Below are positions 44,441 through 53,503 of a stretch of 64,000 bases of DNA, in pieces. Both the position numbers and the translations under genes were made by a program. The stretch is taken from positions 1 to 64,000 of the IMG/VR virus record IMGVR_UViG_3300027908_000021; one strand, 5' to 3'. The DNA is from a virus. Each line of letters starts with the position of its first letter. Position 1 is the first letter of the stretch. The notes beneath the pieces were generated by a model. That model had not been told where the DNA came from. It made no database searches and was given only the letters and a program-made list of their open reading frames with translations.

Positions 44441-45560
44441 ATTCTGGTATCGCCTGTCTGGCCGTGGCGATACTAAAGAACTGACCGAAATGCAGGCCAG
44501 AATTTTGAATCGAAACAGGGAACACAGCGGCTACGAAGGTCGCTGGCAACAAGAAAGGTTTGAGGATAGCGATATGGCACGAAACGTAACAAACGAAGAC
44601 GGTACGCCGGTCAAGCGAGAAAACGTTTACTGCTACGACCCCGAATGGGTTGTAGTCAAACCCTCTAACGCACGCTGGCAGTCAAAGCTCAACATGGCGA
44701 AAGTCGTTGAGTACGCGAAGTCCTATGGCGTCAAGGGACAGGTACAGCCGGTAGTCGTGCGGCCTATCGAAAACAAGCGGGTACAGCTTTCGGCGGGCTA
44801 TCACCGCCAAGCTGCCGCCGTTTTGTTCAAACTCGGTAGCAAGGAACACGGCATTGAGCCCCATCCGGATTTTAAGCTTCGCTGTACGATTTCTGACTTG
44901 AACGAGCGGGAAGCTTACGAAACGTCGGTTATCGAAAACAAGCAGCGTAGCGAAGTCTCTCCAATGGACGATGCCCACAACATGCGGACGTTGCAAACGC
45001 TGTACAGTTACACGTCCGAACAAGTGTGTGAGATTCTTGGCTGTACTCCGGCTTGGCTCACGACGCTCCGCAGCTTGCTTCTGCTCCCCGACGACATTCA
45101 AGAAGCCGTCCACAACCGGATTATCTCTGTCCGGCAAGCTGCCGATCTTGCGGCAATGTCTGAGGAACAACGCCGAACCGCAATAGCAGCATCAATGAGC
45201 GACGATCAAAGGGAAATCGTCTTCCAGCCCGCCTTGCTCGATATGACGCGGCAAACGCCTGCGGAGACGAAAGCAGAGGCCGACGGGGAAGCAGTTGCGG
45301 AGTTGGCAAAGGCGGAGCTTGCCAAGATCGACGGCAGGAAGCTCACGAAGGCGATTAAGCGTGTCCAGACTGAGGCCGGAAAACGGGTATCCGTTTCGAT
45401 GAAGGAATTGAGGGATTATCTGGCGACGAAAACCGACAACGCCAACGTTGATACAATCAAGTCAGCAGTACTAGCTTTCGTGCGGGGAGAAATGAAGGGG
45501 GAGGAGTTGGATACTAAGCTGGCGGGATGTGTGTGGGATGAAACCGCGGTAGAGGCATGA
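44412..45560 (+). CDS. ParB-like N-terminal-domain protein with an HTH
   Basis: VVVRPIENKRVQLSAGYHRQAAA (ParB/Srx GxxRxxA box) followed by an HTH, SEQVCEILGCTPAWLTTLRSLLLLPDDIQEAV. Confidence 0.65.
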   Translation: MNLNQNNQPKFWYRLSGRGDTKELTEMQARILNRNREHSGYEGRWQQERFEDSDMARNVTNEDGTPVKRENVYCYDPEWVVVKPSNARWQSKLNMAKVVEYAKSYGVKGQVQPVVVRPIENKRVQLSAGYHRQAAAVLFKLGSKEHGIEPHPDFKLRCTISDLNEREAYETSVIENKQRSEVSPMDDAHNMRTLQTLYSYTSEQVCEILGCTPAWLTTLRSLLLLPDDIQEAVHNRIISVRQAADLAAMSEEQRRTAIAASMSDDQREIVFQPALLDMTRQTPAETKAEADGEAVAELAKAELAKIDGRKLTKAIKRVQTEAGKRVSVSMKELRDYLATKTDNANVDTIKSAVLAFVRGEMKGEELDTKLAGCVWDETAVEA

Positions 45561-45645
45561 AGTGAATAGACGTGCCAGAGAGGGTTTAAGACTAGTTTAC
45601 TAACTCTTGCTCTCCGGCACTTGTTTTAACTAAGAAGGGTTTACA

Positions 45646-45870
45646 ATGCGTGTCTATACAATAACTAATTTTACTGGGCACTACCCTGTTGGGGTGTCAG
45701 CGGTGGTTTTTGCCAAGAACGAAGGAGAAGCTGCAATTGTGCTGATGAGCGAATTAAAACGCATCGAAGCCCCGCCCCAAAAACCTTCTGAGTGGAGGTT
45801 TGACGACACGGGCTACAAAACTAACTGCAAAAAGCCTGAGGCGATAATTTTACAAGACGGCAACTACTGA
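45646..45870 (+). CDS. hypothetical protein
   Basis: 74-aa ORF with a GAAGGG RBS. Confidence 0.4.
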   Translation: MRVYTITNFTGHYPVGVSAVVFAKNEGEAAIVLMSELKRIEAPPQKPSEWRFDDTGYKTNCKKPEAIILQDGNY

Positions 45871-45883
45871 GAGGATTTTGACT

Positions 45884-46066
45884 ATGACTTGCCCAACGGG
45901 AAAGGTCGGTTGGCGGAAAGAGAAATCGGCAGAGAACGTGGCCCGATCCATGCGGCGTACTAACGTGGATTTGTTTATCGGACATTACCTCTGTACTAGG
46001 TGCGGGCAATGGCACGTCGGGCATCCGCACGAAACCAAGAAATTCAACAAAGGAAGAAAGGTTTAG
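45884..46066 (+). CDS. small Cys/His hypothetical protein
   Basis: MTCPTGK...CTRCGQWHVGH; GAGAGGA upstream. Confidence 0.4.
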   Translation: MTCPTGKVGWRKEKSAENVARSMRRTNVDLFIGHYLCTRCGQWHVGHPHETKKFNKGRKV

Positions 46067-46067
46067 T

Positions 46068-46268
46068 ATGATCTACAAAATTCGTCGCCAGCTTACAACA
46101 ACTGCCTACAGAATCACCGGCACCGGCTACACGGAGACGATTGAAGCCGGAGAGTCAGCAGTTATCTCGCACAAAGAAGGCGGTAAGTATTGTGTCATGA
46201 CTTTGGCAGGATTGGTGGTTGTCGATCCTGTTGATTTGGAACCAAACCCGGAGGCAAGAGCGAAGTGA
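46068..46268 (+). CDS. hypothetical protein
   Basis: 66-aa ORF with a GAAAGGTTTAGT RBS. Confidence 0.4.
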   Translation: MIYKIRRQLTTTAYRITGTGYTETIEAGESAVISHKEGGKYCVMTLAGLVVVDPVDLEPNPEARAK

Positions 46269-46401
46269 TTGTCGTACTAGAACAAGATTTGAGCAAACGT
46301 AGCGGCAGGCGGTTTACTTGGAAACCGGGCTTGTTTCGCGGAGATTGGGACAAGGGACGTTGCTGGCGGATTTGGTGGGGTTTGTAAAGGAAAGGTTTAG
46401 T

Positions 46402-47526
46402 ATGCCGAAGATAATCTACGAACCAAAGAAATTCAGTACGGAAAAACTAAACGTTATCCGTACCGCCAATCGCATCATTGCGGATTATCAACAGCAAGGC
46501 TTCCGTCTAACAGTTCGCCAACTTTACTACCGCTTTGTTGCAGGCGACTTGTTTCCGCCGTCTTGGAAATATTCAAGCGTTGGCGGTAAGTGGGTACGCG
46601 ATGCGGAAAACGGCACCAACAACGCTCAGCCTAACTACAACAACCTTGGAGTAATTCTAGGCGATGCTCGCATGGCAGGTTTAGTCGATTGGGACGCGAT
46701 TGAGGATCGTACGCGAGAAATCACAACCGTACCTCACTGGGAAAACCCAGCGTCGATTATTGAAGCATGTGAACGTTCGTTCCGGCTTGATAAATGGAAC
46801 GATCAGCAGTTTCGTGTAGAATGCTGGGTAGAGAAAGATGCGCTTGAAGGAATCGTTAGTCAAGCCGCCAATGCTGAGGATGTGGCGGCATTTTCTTGTA
46901 GAGGTTACAGCTCTCTGTCGTCGTTATGGGAAGCTTCCCAACGGCTAGGCAAATATGTTAATGCTGGACAGAGGCCGATTATTTTGCACCTAGGCGACCA
47001 CGATCCAAGCGGTATCGACATGACGCGGGATATTAGTGAAAGGCTCAACACCTTTGTTGAAAGGGATTGGTATAACAAAAACGGCAAAGAATTGGGCAAT
47101 CAAACTACTATAGGTAAGATTTGGGAAAGCTTGGAAATTCATTTTCGGGAGCGGCACGGAGAAGTAGACGACGATTTAATACCCGGCGTTCAGGTAGGTT
47201 CCATTTCTGGTTACGTGCGAAAACCTGTTACCGTCATTCGCATTGCTTTAAATATGAATCAGATTGAAGAGTACAACCCGCCGCCCAATCCAGCAAAAGC
47301 AACCGACAGCCGTTACCAAAAGTACAAAGATTTGCATGGCGACGAAAGCTGGGAATTGGATGCTTTAGAACCTGCCGTACTTACTCAATTGGTTGTAGAC
47401 AATATCAATAAGTTTAGAAATACCGAAAAGTACTCAGCACGGCAAGCAGAAGAAACGGAGCACCGAGCGGATTTGAATAAAGCTGCCAGAGCATGGCCTA
47501 GGATTGCTGATTTTCTGTCAGAGTAA
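46402..47526 (+). CDS. Topo VI-A/Spo11/JetD-like protein (5Y-CAP-like plus Toprim)
   Basis: LTVRQLYYRFV (winged-helix Tyr motif), ECWVEKDALEGIV (Toprim Glu), ILHLGDHDPSGIDM (DxD). Start at ATG 46402 after GGAAAGGTTTAGT. Confidence 0.55.
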   Translation: MPKIIYEPKKFSTEKLNVIRTANRIIADYQQQGFRLTVRQLYYRFVAGDLFPPSWKYSSVGGKWVRDAENGTNNAQPNYNNLGVILGDARMAGLVDWDAIEDRTREITTVPHWENPASIIEACERSFRLDKWNDQQFRVECWVEKDALEGIVSQAANAEDVAAFSCRGYSSLSSLWEASQRLGKYVNAGQRPIILHLGDHDPSGIDMTRDISERLNTFVERDWYNKNGKELGNQTTIGKIWESLEIHFRERHGEVDDDLIPGVQVGSISGYVRKPVTVIRIALNMNQIEEYNPPPNPAKATDSRYQKYKDLHGDESWELDALEPAVLTQLVVDNINKFRNTEKYSARQAEETEHRADLNKAARAWPRIADFLSE

Positions 47527-48334
47527 ATCCAGCAAACGCTGCCGACCCTGTACAAGTATGTGAGTCGTTACCGAAACGGATGACGATTTTCGCATCGTTA
47601 GTAGCCGTAAACGGAATGGTTATTTTCGACCAATCGGACATACCTAGTTTATTCTCGCTCTTGGCATTACCTACACTGATACTGACGCCTTGCGGAGCGG
47701 ATGGAGTTTCAACATCTGTAACATCCTTGGTTGTCACCCATCCGGTTAGTACGTAGCGTTTGCCGATCTGTAGTTGTGCAATTTTAGTCAATCGAATATG
47801 ATCTGGCTTAGCTGTAGTCAGTACCGCAACCAAACCTTTGTCCGGCAAGTTATCGAACGAAAGGCAATGCTGGTTTTCCAGCCAGCTAACCAATGTCCAA
47901 GTACGAAAGTCGTCAATCGTTTTATCGACAGTCGGCGTAGGAACAAAATTAGTGAAATTGCTGACCACTCTAGCTAAAGCATCGTCCCACGTTTTGGTTG
48001 CTACTGCTACCGCACTATCGTAATCAATAGCTATCTTATGTTTAGCCTCAGCCGACCAGTACACGAAAGCATCGTCTTGACTTAAAACAGCTTTCGGTGG
48101 ATTAAGCTTGGCGTTTACATCGTTGTGCCGATCAACACCCCATCGAAAGTAAGTTGTCGGTGATGACAAGTCGGGAGGGTTTTGTTGAAAAAGAGATTTC
48201 CAACTGTTTTGGCACTCTCCGCACGGGATTCGGCTGTTGAATTGAGTCAGCCAGCTTAGCTCATCGTTCAGATTTACTACAAAGAACGGCCTTAGATGAA
48301 ATTCCGCCCACAAACTTGATCCGTCGAAAGACAT
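47498..48334 (-). CDS. Erv1/ALR-like sulfhydryl oxidase domain fused to a beta-rich C-terminal domain
   Basis: LWAEFHLRP, IPCGECQNSW (CxxC) and FRWGVDRHNDVNAKL (HNxVNxxL) in Erv order within the first ~95 aa. The C-terminal ~150 aa are beta-rich and CBM-like by eye. Confidence 0.55.
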   Translation of the reverse strand: MSFDGSSLWAEFHLRPFFVVNLNDELSWLTQFNSRIPCGECQNSWKSLFQQNPPDLSSPTTYFRWGVDRHNDVNAKLNPPKAVLSQDDAFVYWSAEAKHKIAIDYDSAVAVATKTWDDALARVVSNFTNFVPTPTVDKTIDDFRTWTLVSWLENQHCLSFDNLPDKGLVAVLTTAKPDHIRLTKIAQLQIGKRYVLTGWVTTKDVTDVETPSAPQGVSISVGNAKSENKLGMSDWSKITIPFTATNDAKIVIRFGNDSHTCTGSAAFAGFTLTENQQS

Positions 48335-48342
48335 TTAACGCC

Positions 48343-48348
48343 TATAAT
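48343..48348 (+). promoter_or_regulatory. -10 TATAAT, 6 nt upstream of ATG 48355 (candidate leaderless)
   Basis: cgccTATAATgataacATG. Confidence 0.35.
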
Positions 48349-48354
48349 GATAAC

Positions 48355-49035
48355 ATGATCGACTTAGCAGTCCTGTTCCTTTATCATTGTACAAACGACG
48401 CGACCTTACAGAACTTGGAGTTTGTCAAACGAAACAACCCTAATGTCCCAATCTTTTGTTTAGGCTATACATGCCGTGACTTACCGAACACCATCCTTGT
48501 AGCCGAAACAGGAAAATGGGCGATGGGAGACGCGAACTACGTTAAATTTGAAGCAGATTCCAAACCCTCAGCAGGCTGGTATCAAACCGACATGCCTGCC
48601 TACCAATTCTTTGAGTTAAAAGTATGCGAAGCAAAGCGTTACTTTTTGATGGAATGGGACACGTTGGTTAACTGCTCAATCCAAGAACGTTTTGCGGATG
48701 TGTGGGATGCCGATGTAGGAACGGCCACTATTGTACGACCCTACATGCCGTGGTGCTGGTGGCACGATTTAAAACACTACCCGCCTCATCTGCACTCATC
48801 AGCGTTGGGAGTCAAGCCCGTCGCTGGTGCAGTTTTATTAAGTAACCGCTGTTTATCAATGCTGGCAAACAGCCCCCGTCTAGTTGGCATGAGCGAAATG
48901 CGAATCGGAACTTTAGCTAATTACCACAAACTCGATATAAGAAAGTGTGATGATTTAGCAAAAACAGTGACTTGCGATCCTGCCAGATTCGATAATCAAA
49001 GAACGGTTTACCATTCGATCAAGACTTTGGTTTAG
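48355..49035 (+). CDS. hypothetical protein
   Basis: 226 aa from ATG 48355. No motif recognised. Confidence 0.4.
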   Translation: MIDLAVLFLYHCTNDATLQNLEFVKRNNPNVPIFCLGYTCRDLPNTILVAETGKWAMGDANYVKFEADSKPSAGWYQTDMPAYQFFELKVCEAKRYFLMEWDTLVNCSIQERFADVWDADVGTATIVRPYMPWCWWHDLKHYPPHLHSSALGVKPVAGAVLLSNRCLSMLANSPRLVGMSEMRIGTLANYHKLDIRKCDDLAKTVTCDPARFDNQRTVYHSIKTLV

Positions 49036-49430
49036 TGCTCTGGCAGGCAGCTATCGACGGGGTGCTCTTTCAAAGCTTCGGTTACAGTAAAGCCGTTGCG
49101 AGCATAAGATTCGTAAACTTGCGTTTCATCGATCCAACGTCTATTGAAGTAAGTTTGGCGTATCTCCAACAACTGGCCTTGCAAACCGCCTGTGCCAGAA
49201 CGTTGTTCGTCAAACAAGGTGTTCTTAGTCTTTTGATGGGTGTCGCGATCAGCAAAGAAATCCTCCCATTCCTGCTTGAAAACTTCCCGTGCTTCGGCGT
49301 GCTTTTGTTCGACACGCTTTAGGTAAATTTCGTGAATGTAGAGGGATACGCCTGTGCCACATATAATCAACAGTAGAACGACACCGCTTATGACAGTGGC
49401 TACGATGAGCTTGGTTTGTTTCGGAGACAT
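49032..49430 (-). CDS. membrane-anchored hypothetical protein
   Basis: N-terminal TM segment LIVATVISGVVLLLIICGTGVSLYI. Confidence 0.45.
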   Translation of the reverse strand: MSPKQTKLIVATVISGVVLLLIICGTGVSLYIHEIYLKRVEQKHAEAREVFKQEWEDFFADRDTHQKTKNTLFDEQRSGTGGLQGQLLEIRQTYFNRRWIDETQVYESYARNGFTVTEALKEHPVDSCLPEH

Positions 49431-49447
49431 TTTAGTTAATTTTCCTC

Positions 49448-49476
49448 TTGACTTTTACTAAAACAGGCGATATAGT
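49448..49476 (+). promoter_or_regulatory. sigma70-type promoter (TTGACT-17-TATAGT)
   Basis: attttagttaattttcctcTTGACTtttactaaaacaggcgaTATAGT. Confidence 0.6.
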
Positions 49477-49503
49477 ATTAGCGTACTCAATAGGGAGTAC
49501 CAA

Positions 49504-49728
49504 ATGAAAGGATTAGTCATGGAAAAGTTTGTTGTAATGACTGCTGCGGCCTGTATGCCCGGTTCCTGCAAGTTTGGCATTTACAAGAAAGTCGCCGTAG
49601 TCGAAACAGATGGCGTAGTTATGCCTAAACAGATCAACCCCAAACACAATGCCGTAAAATCGTTTCGGCATGCTCTGGCAGAAGCAAGGGAAATTGCTGC
49701 GAAGCTAAACGCAAAGAACGCGGCGTGA
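49504..49728 (+). CDS. hypothetical protein
   Basis: 74-aa ORF. An alternative start at ATG 49519 also has an RBS. Confidence 0.4.
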   Translation: MKGLVMEKFVVMTAAACMPGSCKFGIYKKVAVVETDGVVMPKQINPKHNAVKSFRHALAEAREIAAKLNAKNAA

Positions 49729-49781
49729 TGTTGCCCACACTGGTCTGTTTCTAAACCGCTAACACCTGAATTGGAGATCGC

Positions 49782-50051
49782 ATGTTAACCAACAATCAAC
49801 TTAAAGAACTCGACAAACTGATCTTCCCGAACGGAAGGTCTTACCTTTACGGTGCTCTTTCAGGTCAAGGACGAGTAAAGATTCGTCAAGCCGTCATGCT
49901 GTACTTGACAGGCGAAAAGCTGCCACAAGCAAAGTGCAGCCTCACAGCTTTAATGGATTTGTTGATAGAAAAGACGGAACCGTCTTTCGTTTGCCACTGC
50001 CTCAGCACGACCCGCTCTGCTGAGGCAGTTTTGTTTCTAGACGCGATTTAA
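49782..50051 (+). CDS. hypothetical protein
   Basis: 89-aa ORF with a GGAG RBS. Confidence 0.4.
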   Translation: MLTNNQLKELDKLIFPNGRSYLYGALSGQGRVKIRQAVMLYLTGEKLPQAKCSLTALMDLLIEKTEPSFVCHCLSTTRSAEAVLFLDAI

Positions 50052-51292
50052 GCCCCGATTCGTGTGTTGTCCTGTCCAAGTATAGGAAATGACGGAATCG
50101 CGTGTCTCGGTTCGTCCTGTGCGGTTTGTTGGTCACTCTGAGAAGGCATCGGAGCAAGACAATCAAGGCTGCACGGCAGGTCTAGCCTGCCCCATCCCGT
50201 ACCGACCCCTGCCACTATGTGGTCGAAATACTCTTGATACATCCACTTGACGCGATCTATCGACCACAGACTAATTGCCCGTTGCCGGATGTAATTGCGG
50301 TCAAGGTTATCTACTCGTTTCAGTGCTTCGACAAACTGGCGTAGGTTATTGCAGCGGAAACCTGTCTTGCCGTGCTCTACTGTTTCATTAAAATTTCCGA
50401 AATCACTGCTGACCACAGGCGAACCAGTCAATGCGGATTCTGCTGCAACACCCTCAAACGGGCCGTTATAAACCGTTGGAACGAGTACCGCCTTAGCCGC
50501 TCCCATTACTTTCGCCCGTTCTTCGTACCCCAAAACGCCGATGTACTTAACATGCGGTTTATCTATAGTAAAATCCTTGGTGATAATCTTAGTAGTGTGC
50601 TTTTCAGTAATCCCCTGTCCGGCAATCAGCAAAGGTATTCGTACTGCTTCTGTAGCCGCAACCGCTATCTCTACCCCCTTCATTTTAGTTAACCGCCCGA
50701 TGTACAGACAGTAGTTTTCTCTCTCGTGCGGATAAGGAAAGTCGTTTACATCGTAGTAATTTGGTATAACGGCGTCGTAAAAACTCATGCTGTTGTATTG
50801 ACGGTTCAGGCCCATAATTTGACTACGATGCGAGTAGCTTTCAAATACTCGAAACTGACTGAACACCCCCTCGTAGCCGATTCCGTACTCTACTACAAAG
50901 ACGTCCGGGCCAACGTTCTCCGCAATGTACTGCTGGCAGTTACCGCCGATGATGCAAATGAAATCCTTTGGCTGTTTCCGCTTGTGGATTTCAACTACAG
51001 CGTTTCGATTCGTCACCACCCAAATCGGCAACTCCGCTTTCCATTCGAGCGGGTACATGCTCTCTGTGGGATGCACGCCGTACAGTTGCTCTTGTTCTTT
51101 AGTAGAGATAATTTGTGCAAAATCGTCGCACTCTACCTCACTGCCTTCCGGTCCGTAGAAGTAAACTACGTGACCGAGAGACTTCATCATTTGACAAAAT
51201 AATCTCACTTTTTGCGTATAAGCACACGGCGAGTTCTTTTTGTTTGTAGCTAGATGAGGGAGAGAAATTACGTGGAACCTGTGAATGTTCAT
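50048..51292 (-). CDS. GT-B glycosyltransferase (GT1/GT4-like)
   Basis: IGRLTKMKGVEIAV and EGVAAESALTGSPVVSSDFGNFNETVEHGKTGF (the E-x7-E region of group-1 glycosyltransferases). Confidence 0.75.
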   Translation of the reverse strand: MNIHRFHVISLPHLATNKKNSPCAYTQKVRLFCQMMKSLGHVVYFYGPEGSEVECDDFAQIISTKEQEQLYGVHPTESMYPLEWKAELPIWVVTNRNAVVEIHKRKQPKDFICIIGGNCQQYIAENVGPDVFVVEYGIGYEGVFSQFRVFESYSHRSQIMGLNRQYNSMSFYDAVIPNYYDVNDFPYPHERENYCLYIGRLTKMKGVEIAVAATEAVRIPLLIAGQGITEKHTTKIITKDFTIDKPHVKYIGVLGYEERAKVMGAAKAVLVPTVYNGPFEGVAAESALTGSPVVSSDFGNFNETVEHGKTGFRCNNLRQFVEALKRVDNLDRNYIRQRAISLWSIDRVKWMYQEYFDHIVAGVGTGWGRLDLPCSLDCLAPMPSQSDQQTAQDEPRHAIPSFPILGQDNTRIGA

Positions 51293-51298
51293 TTAGAA

Positions 51299-51304
51299 AT
51301 TATA
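51299..51304 (-). promoter_or_regulatory. -10 TATAAT, 6 nt upstream of ATG 51292 (candidate leaderless)
   Basis: Minus strand reads ggTATAATttctaaATG. Confidence 0.35.
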
Positions 51305-51312
51305 CCGTTCGA

Positions 51313-53502
51313 CTATAAAGCACTGTTGATGGCAGTTATCTGACCGCCAGATACGACAATCGACCCTCCCAGAGACGCCGAAATAGGATAGGTGCCGTCC
51401 GGCAACGCCACGCCCCCCGCACCTGTAGCTCCTGTCGCTCCCGTTGCACCATCCATGCCATTAGTTCCGTTAGTTCCGTTCGTGCCGGGACTTCCTGTTG
51501 CTCCCGTTGCACCAGTAGCTCCAGTGGCACCAACCAAGCCGCTGATTACTGAAAAGTCGTAAGATTGATCGCAACCGCTCGTAGAGGGTGTAATAATTAC
51601 ACTGCCGTCTCCTGACGTTAGCGATAAATTTAACGCCAGTGTTGCCGGAGCTGTGCAGTCAGGACTAGATGTGCCCGTAACAACTAACCCTAACCCCGCA
51701 ATCACCCCACTACTTTTAAGTACCGGCGAACCTGTAGAACAAGCATAAAACTGTGTAGCAAAGTCACAGGGATTTATGTAAGTAAAAGCATTGATATTCA
51801 GTAGATTTACACTGCCTGTCGCTCCCGTACACGCATTGGGTGCCGACGTTTGACCTAGATCAAGAAAAGTGTAGTACTTGTTTACCGAGCCGCTAGGGGT
51901 TTTTGTAGTAATACCGCTGGTAGGCTCAGAAACGCTATTCGATTGTGCCGTTAAGTTGGTAGTTAGTACCGTATTATTGCAATACTTTGATCCTGTTGCC
52001 GTACCTGAAATATACTGGAATTCTACCGCTGGGAACGTGAATGCACCGCCCGACGCGGTTACCGTAGCCGTCTGCGTACAACCTGCACCGCTAAACGTTA
52101 CTGCCAATCCCGTACTAAAAACAATCGTACTGACTTGATTGGTATGCGTGCCGTCCGAAACTGTAGTTGCAAAGTCGCAAGGGTTAATGTAAACATTCGC
52201 GTTGAAGTCTAAGACGTTGTAAGTATTGGTATCGCCGGAACAGGCACAAGGATCGGTGATTTGCCGCTGAGATAGACCGATCCAAACGGGGTACTGGTTA
52301 AATGCTCCGGTACAGTTCGGACCTTTGTAAGTAATCGCACCGCCCGTACAACCTGTCGCTCCTGGCTCTTGGTAGCCTAAGTTCGCTACGGCAAGGTTAG
52401 TGGAGATGATCGTATTGTTACAATAATCCGCCTTAGTGGGAGAAGGGTTGTTGTAGTACTGAATGCCAGTTAGACCCGTCCAGTCAACTAAAGAGATTGG
52501 ATTACAAACCGCTCCTGTTCCGCCCGTTCTCGGTTGCTGAACACTGAAATGGTTATAGTTAAAATCAAGGGTTGTGGCCGGTGCAGGCGTTGCGTAGCTC
52601 GGCTTGGTCGCACCGGAACATGACGGAGGACCGGAACCTTGCAGACAGAACTGACCTATTAGCAACTGCGGTGCGACTTCGATTACGTAATGTAACGTGC
52701 CGTTGGTATCATATACCCCATGAACTAAAACCTCAGTTCCCGCAGCTACGCTATGCGTACCGGAGGTGAATTCGTTCAAGTTGGTGGCGACGATAATATA
52801 GGGCGTTGGACTCGGACAACTATTTGCAGAGCATACGTTAGGTATCGGCGTGCTGTCTGCAAACGAAATAGTGCTAGTAATGGACGATGGGGTTACGTCC
52901 TGAATCTGTATCCAGTACTGAGATCCCGTCAGATCAGCTTGTTCGCACGGGCCGGAAGTAACGACTGCTCCTGTCTTATTAACAGGAGCATGCAAGAAAG
53001 TAAATCTGACTGCTCCATTGTTCGGGTCAGACGTTTGGAACATCAATACAATAGTTCCAACCGCAGTAGGCTCAACAGGAGCACCGCCGCTGTTATCCCC
53101 TGAGTACATCGACAATGCCCAAAAGCATTGCGTAGCTCCACTAAACTCGGGATTGCCGTTGCACTCACCTAACGAACAACCGGACGCCGTGCCGGTTCTA
53201 GCTCCTGTAGCTGTTGTCCAATTAAACTCGGTTCTTAGTACCTGTTCCCACGAGTATTTAAACCTGCCCGTAGGATTGGAACCTTCTTGCAGTGGAGCAT
53301 AGCCAGTTATCCTTGCCCAAAACCAGTTAGTAGAGCCTTGAAAGGATATGAATGGGCCGTCTCTATCATCTATACTTAGAGGCGACGAAACATTGATCCG
53401 TAGTAACCACTCTAAGTCGGTTACCATTTGATTATAAATAGTACCGGGTAGTACGTATTTATTATCAGGGGAGACACGGGGGTAGGGTGTTTGATTAGGC
53501 AC
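51313..53502 (-). CDS. tail fibre / receptor-binding protein, Cys-rich with a C-terminal collagen-like G-X-Y tract
   Basis: 22 Cys. Duplicated motifs YINPCDFAT and YCNNT..TNL. GATGATGATGATGSPGTNGTNGTNGMDGATGATGATGAGG near the C-terminus. Confidence 0.65.
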   Translation of the reverse strand: MPNQTPYPRVSPDNKYVLPGTIYNQMVTDLEWLLRINVSSPLSIDDRDGPFISFQGSTNWFWARITGYAPLQEGSNPTGRFKYSWEQVLRTEFNWTTATGARTGTASGCSLGECNGNPEFSGATQCFWALSMYSGDNSGGAPVEPTAVGTIVLMFQTSDPNNGAVRFTFLHAPVNKTGAVVTSGPCEQADLTGSQYWIQIQDVTPSSITSTISFADSTPIPNVCSANSCPSPTPYIIVATNLNEFTSGTHSVAAGTEVLVHGVYDTNGTLHYVIEVAPQLLIGQFCLQGSGPPSCSGATKPSYATPAPATTLDFNYNHFSVQQPRTGGTGAVCNPISLVDWTGLTGIQYYNNPSPTKADYCNNTIISTNLAVANLGYQEPGATGCTGGAITYKGPNCTGAFNQYPVWIGLSQRQITDPCACSGDTNTYNVLDFNANVYINPCDFATTVSDGTHTNQVSTIVFSTGLAVTFSGAGCTQTATVTASGGAFTFPAVEFQYISGTATGSKYCNNTVLTTNLTAQSNSVSEPTSGITTKTPSGSVNKYYTFLDLGQTSAPNACTGATGSVNLLNINAFTYINPCDFATQFYACSTGSPVLKSSGVIAGLGLVVTGTSSPDCTAPATLALNLSLTSGDGSVIITPSTSGCDQSYDFSVISGLVGATGATGATGATGSPGTNGTNGTNGMDGATGATGATGAGGVALPDGTYPISASLGGSIVVSGGQITAINSAL

Positions 53503-53503
53503 G

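Noticed and set aside
51336-51560. GGN/GCN-rich simple repeat
   Set aside because: It encodes the G-X-Y collagen-like tract of the fibre protein. The overlapping 65-aa ORF 51336..51533 is an alternative-frame artefact.
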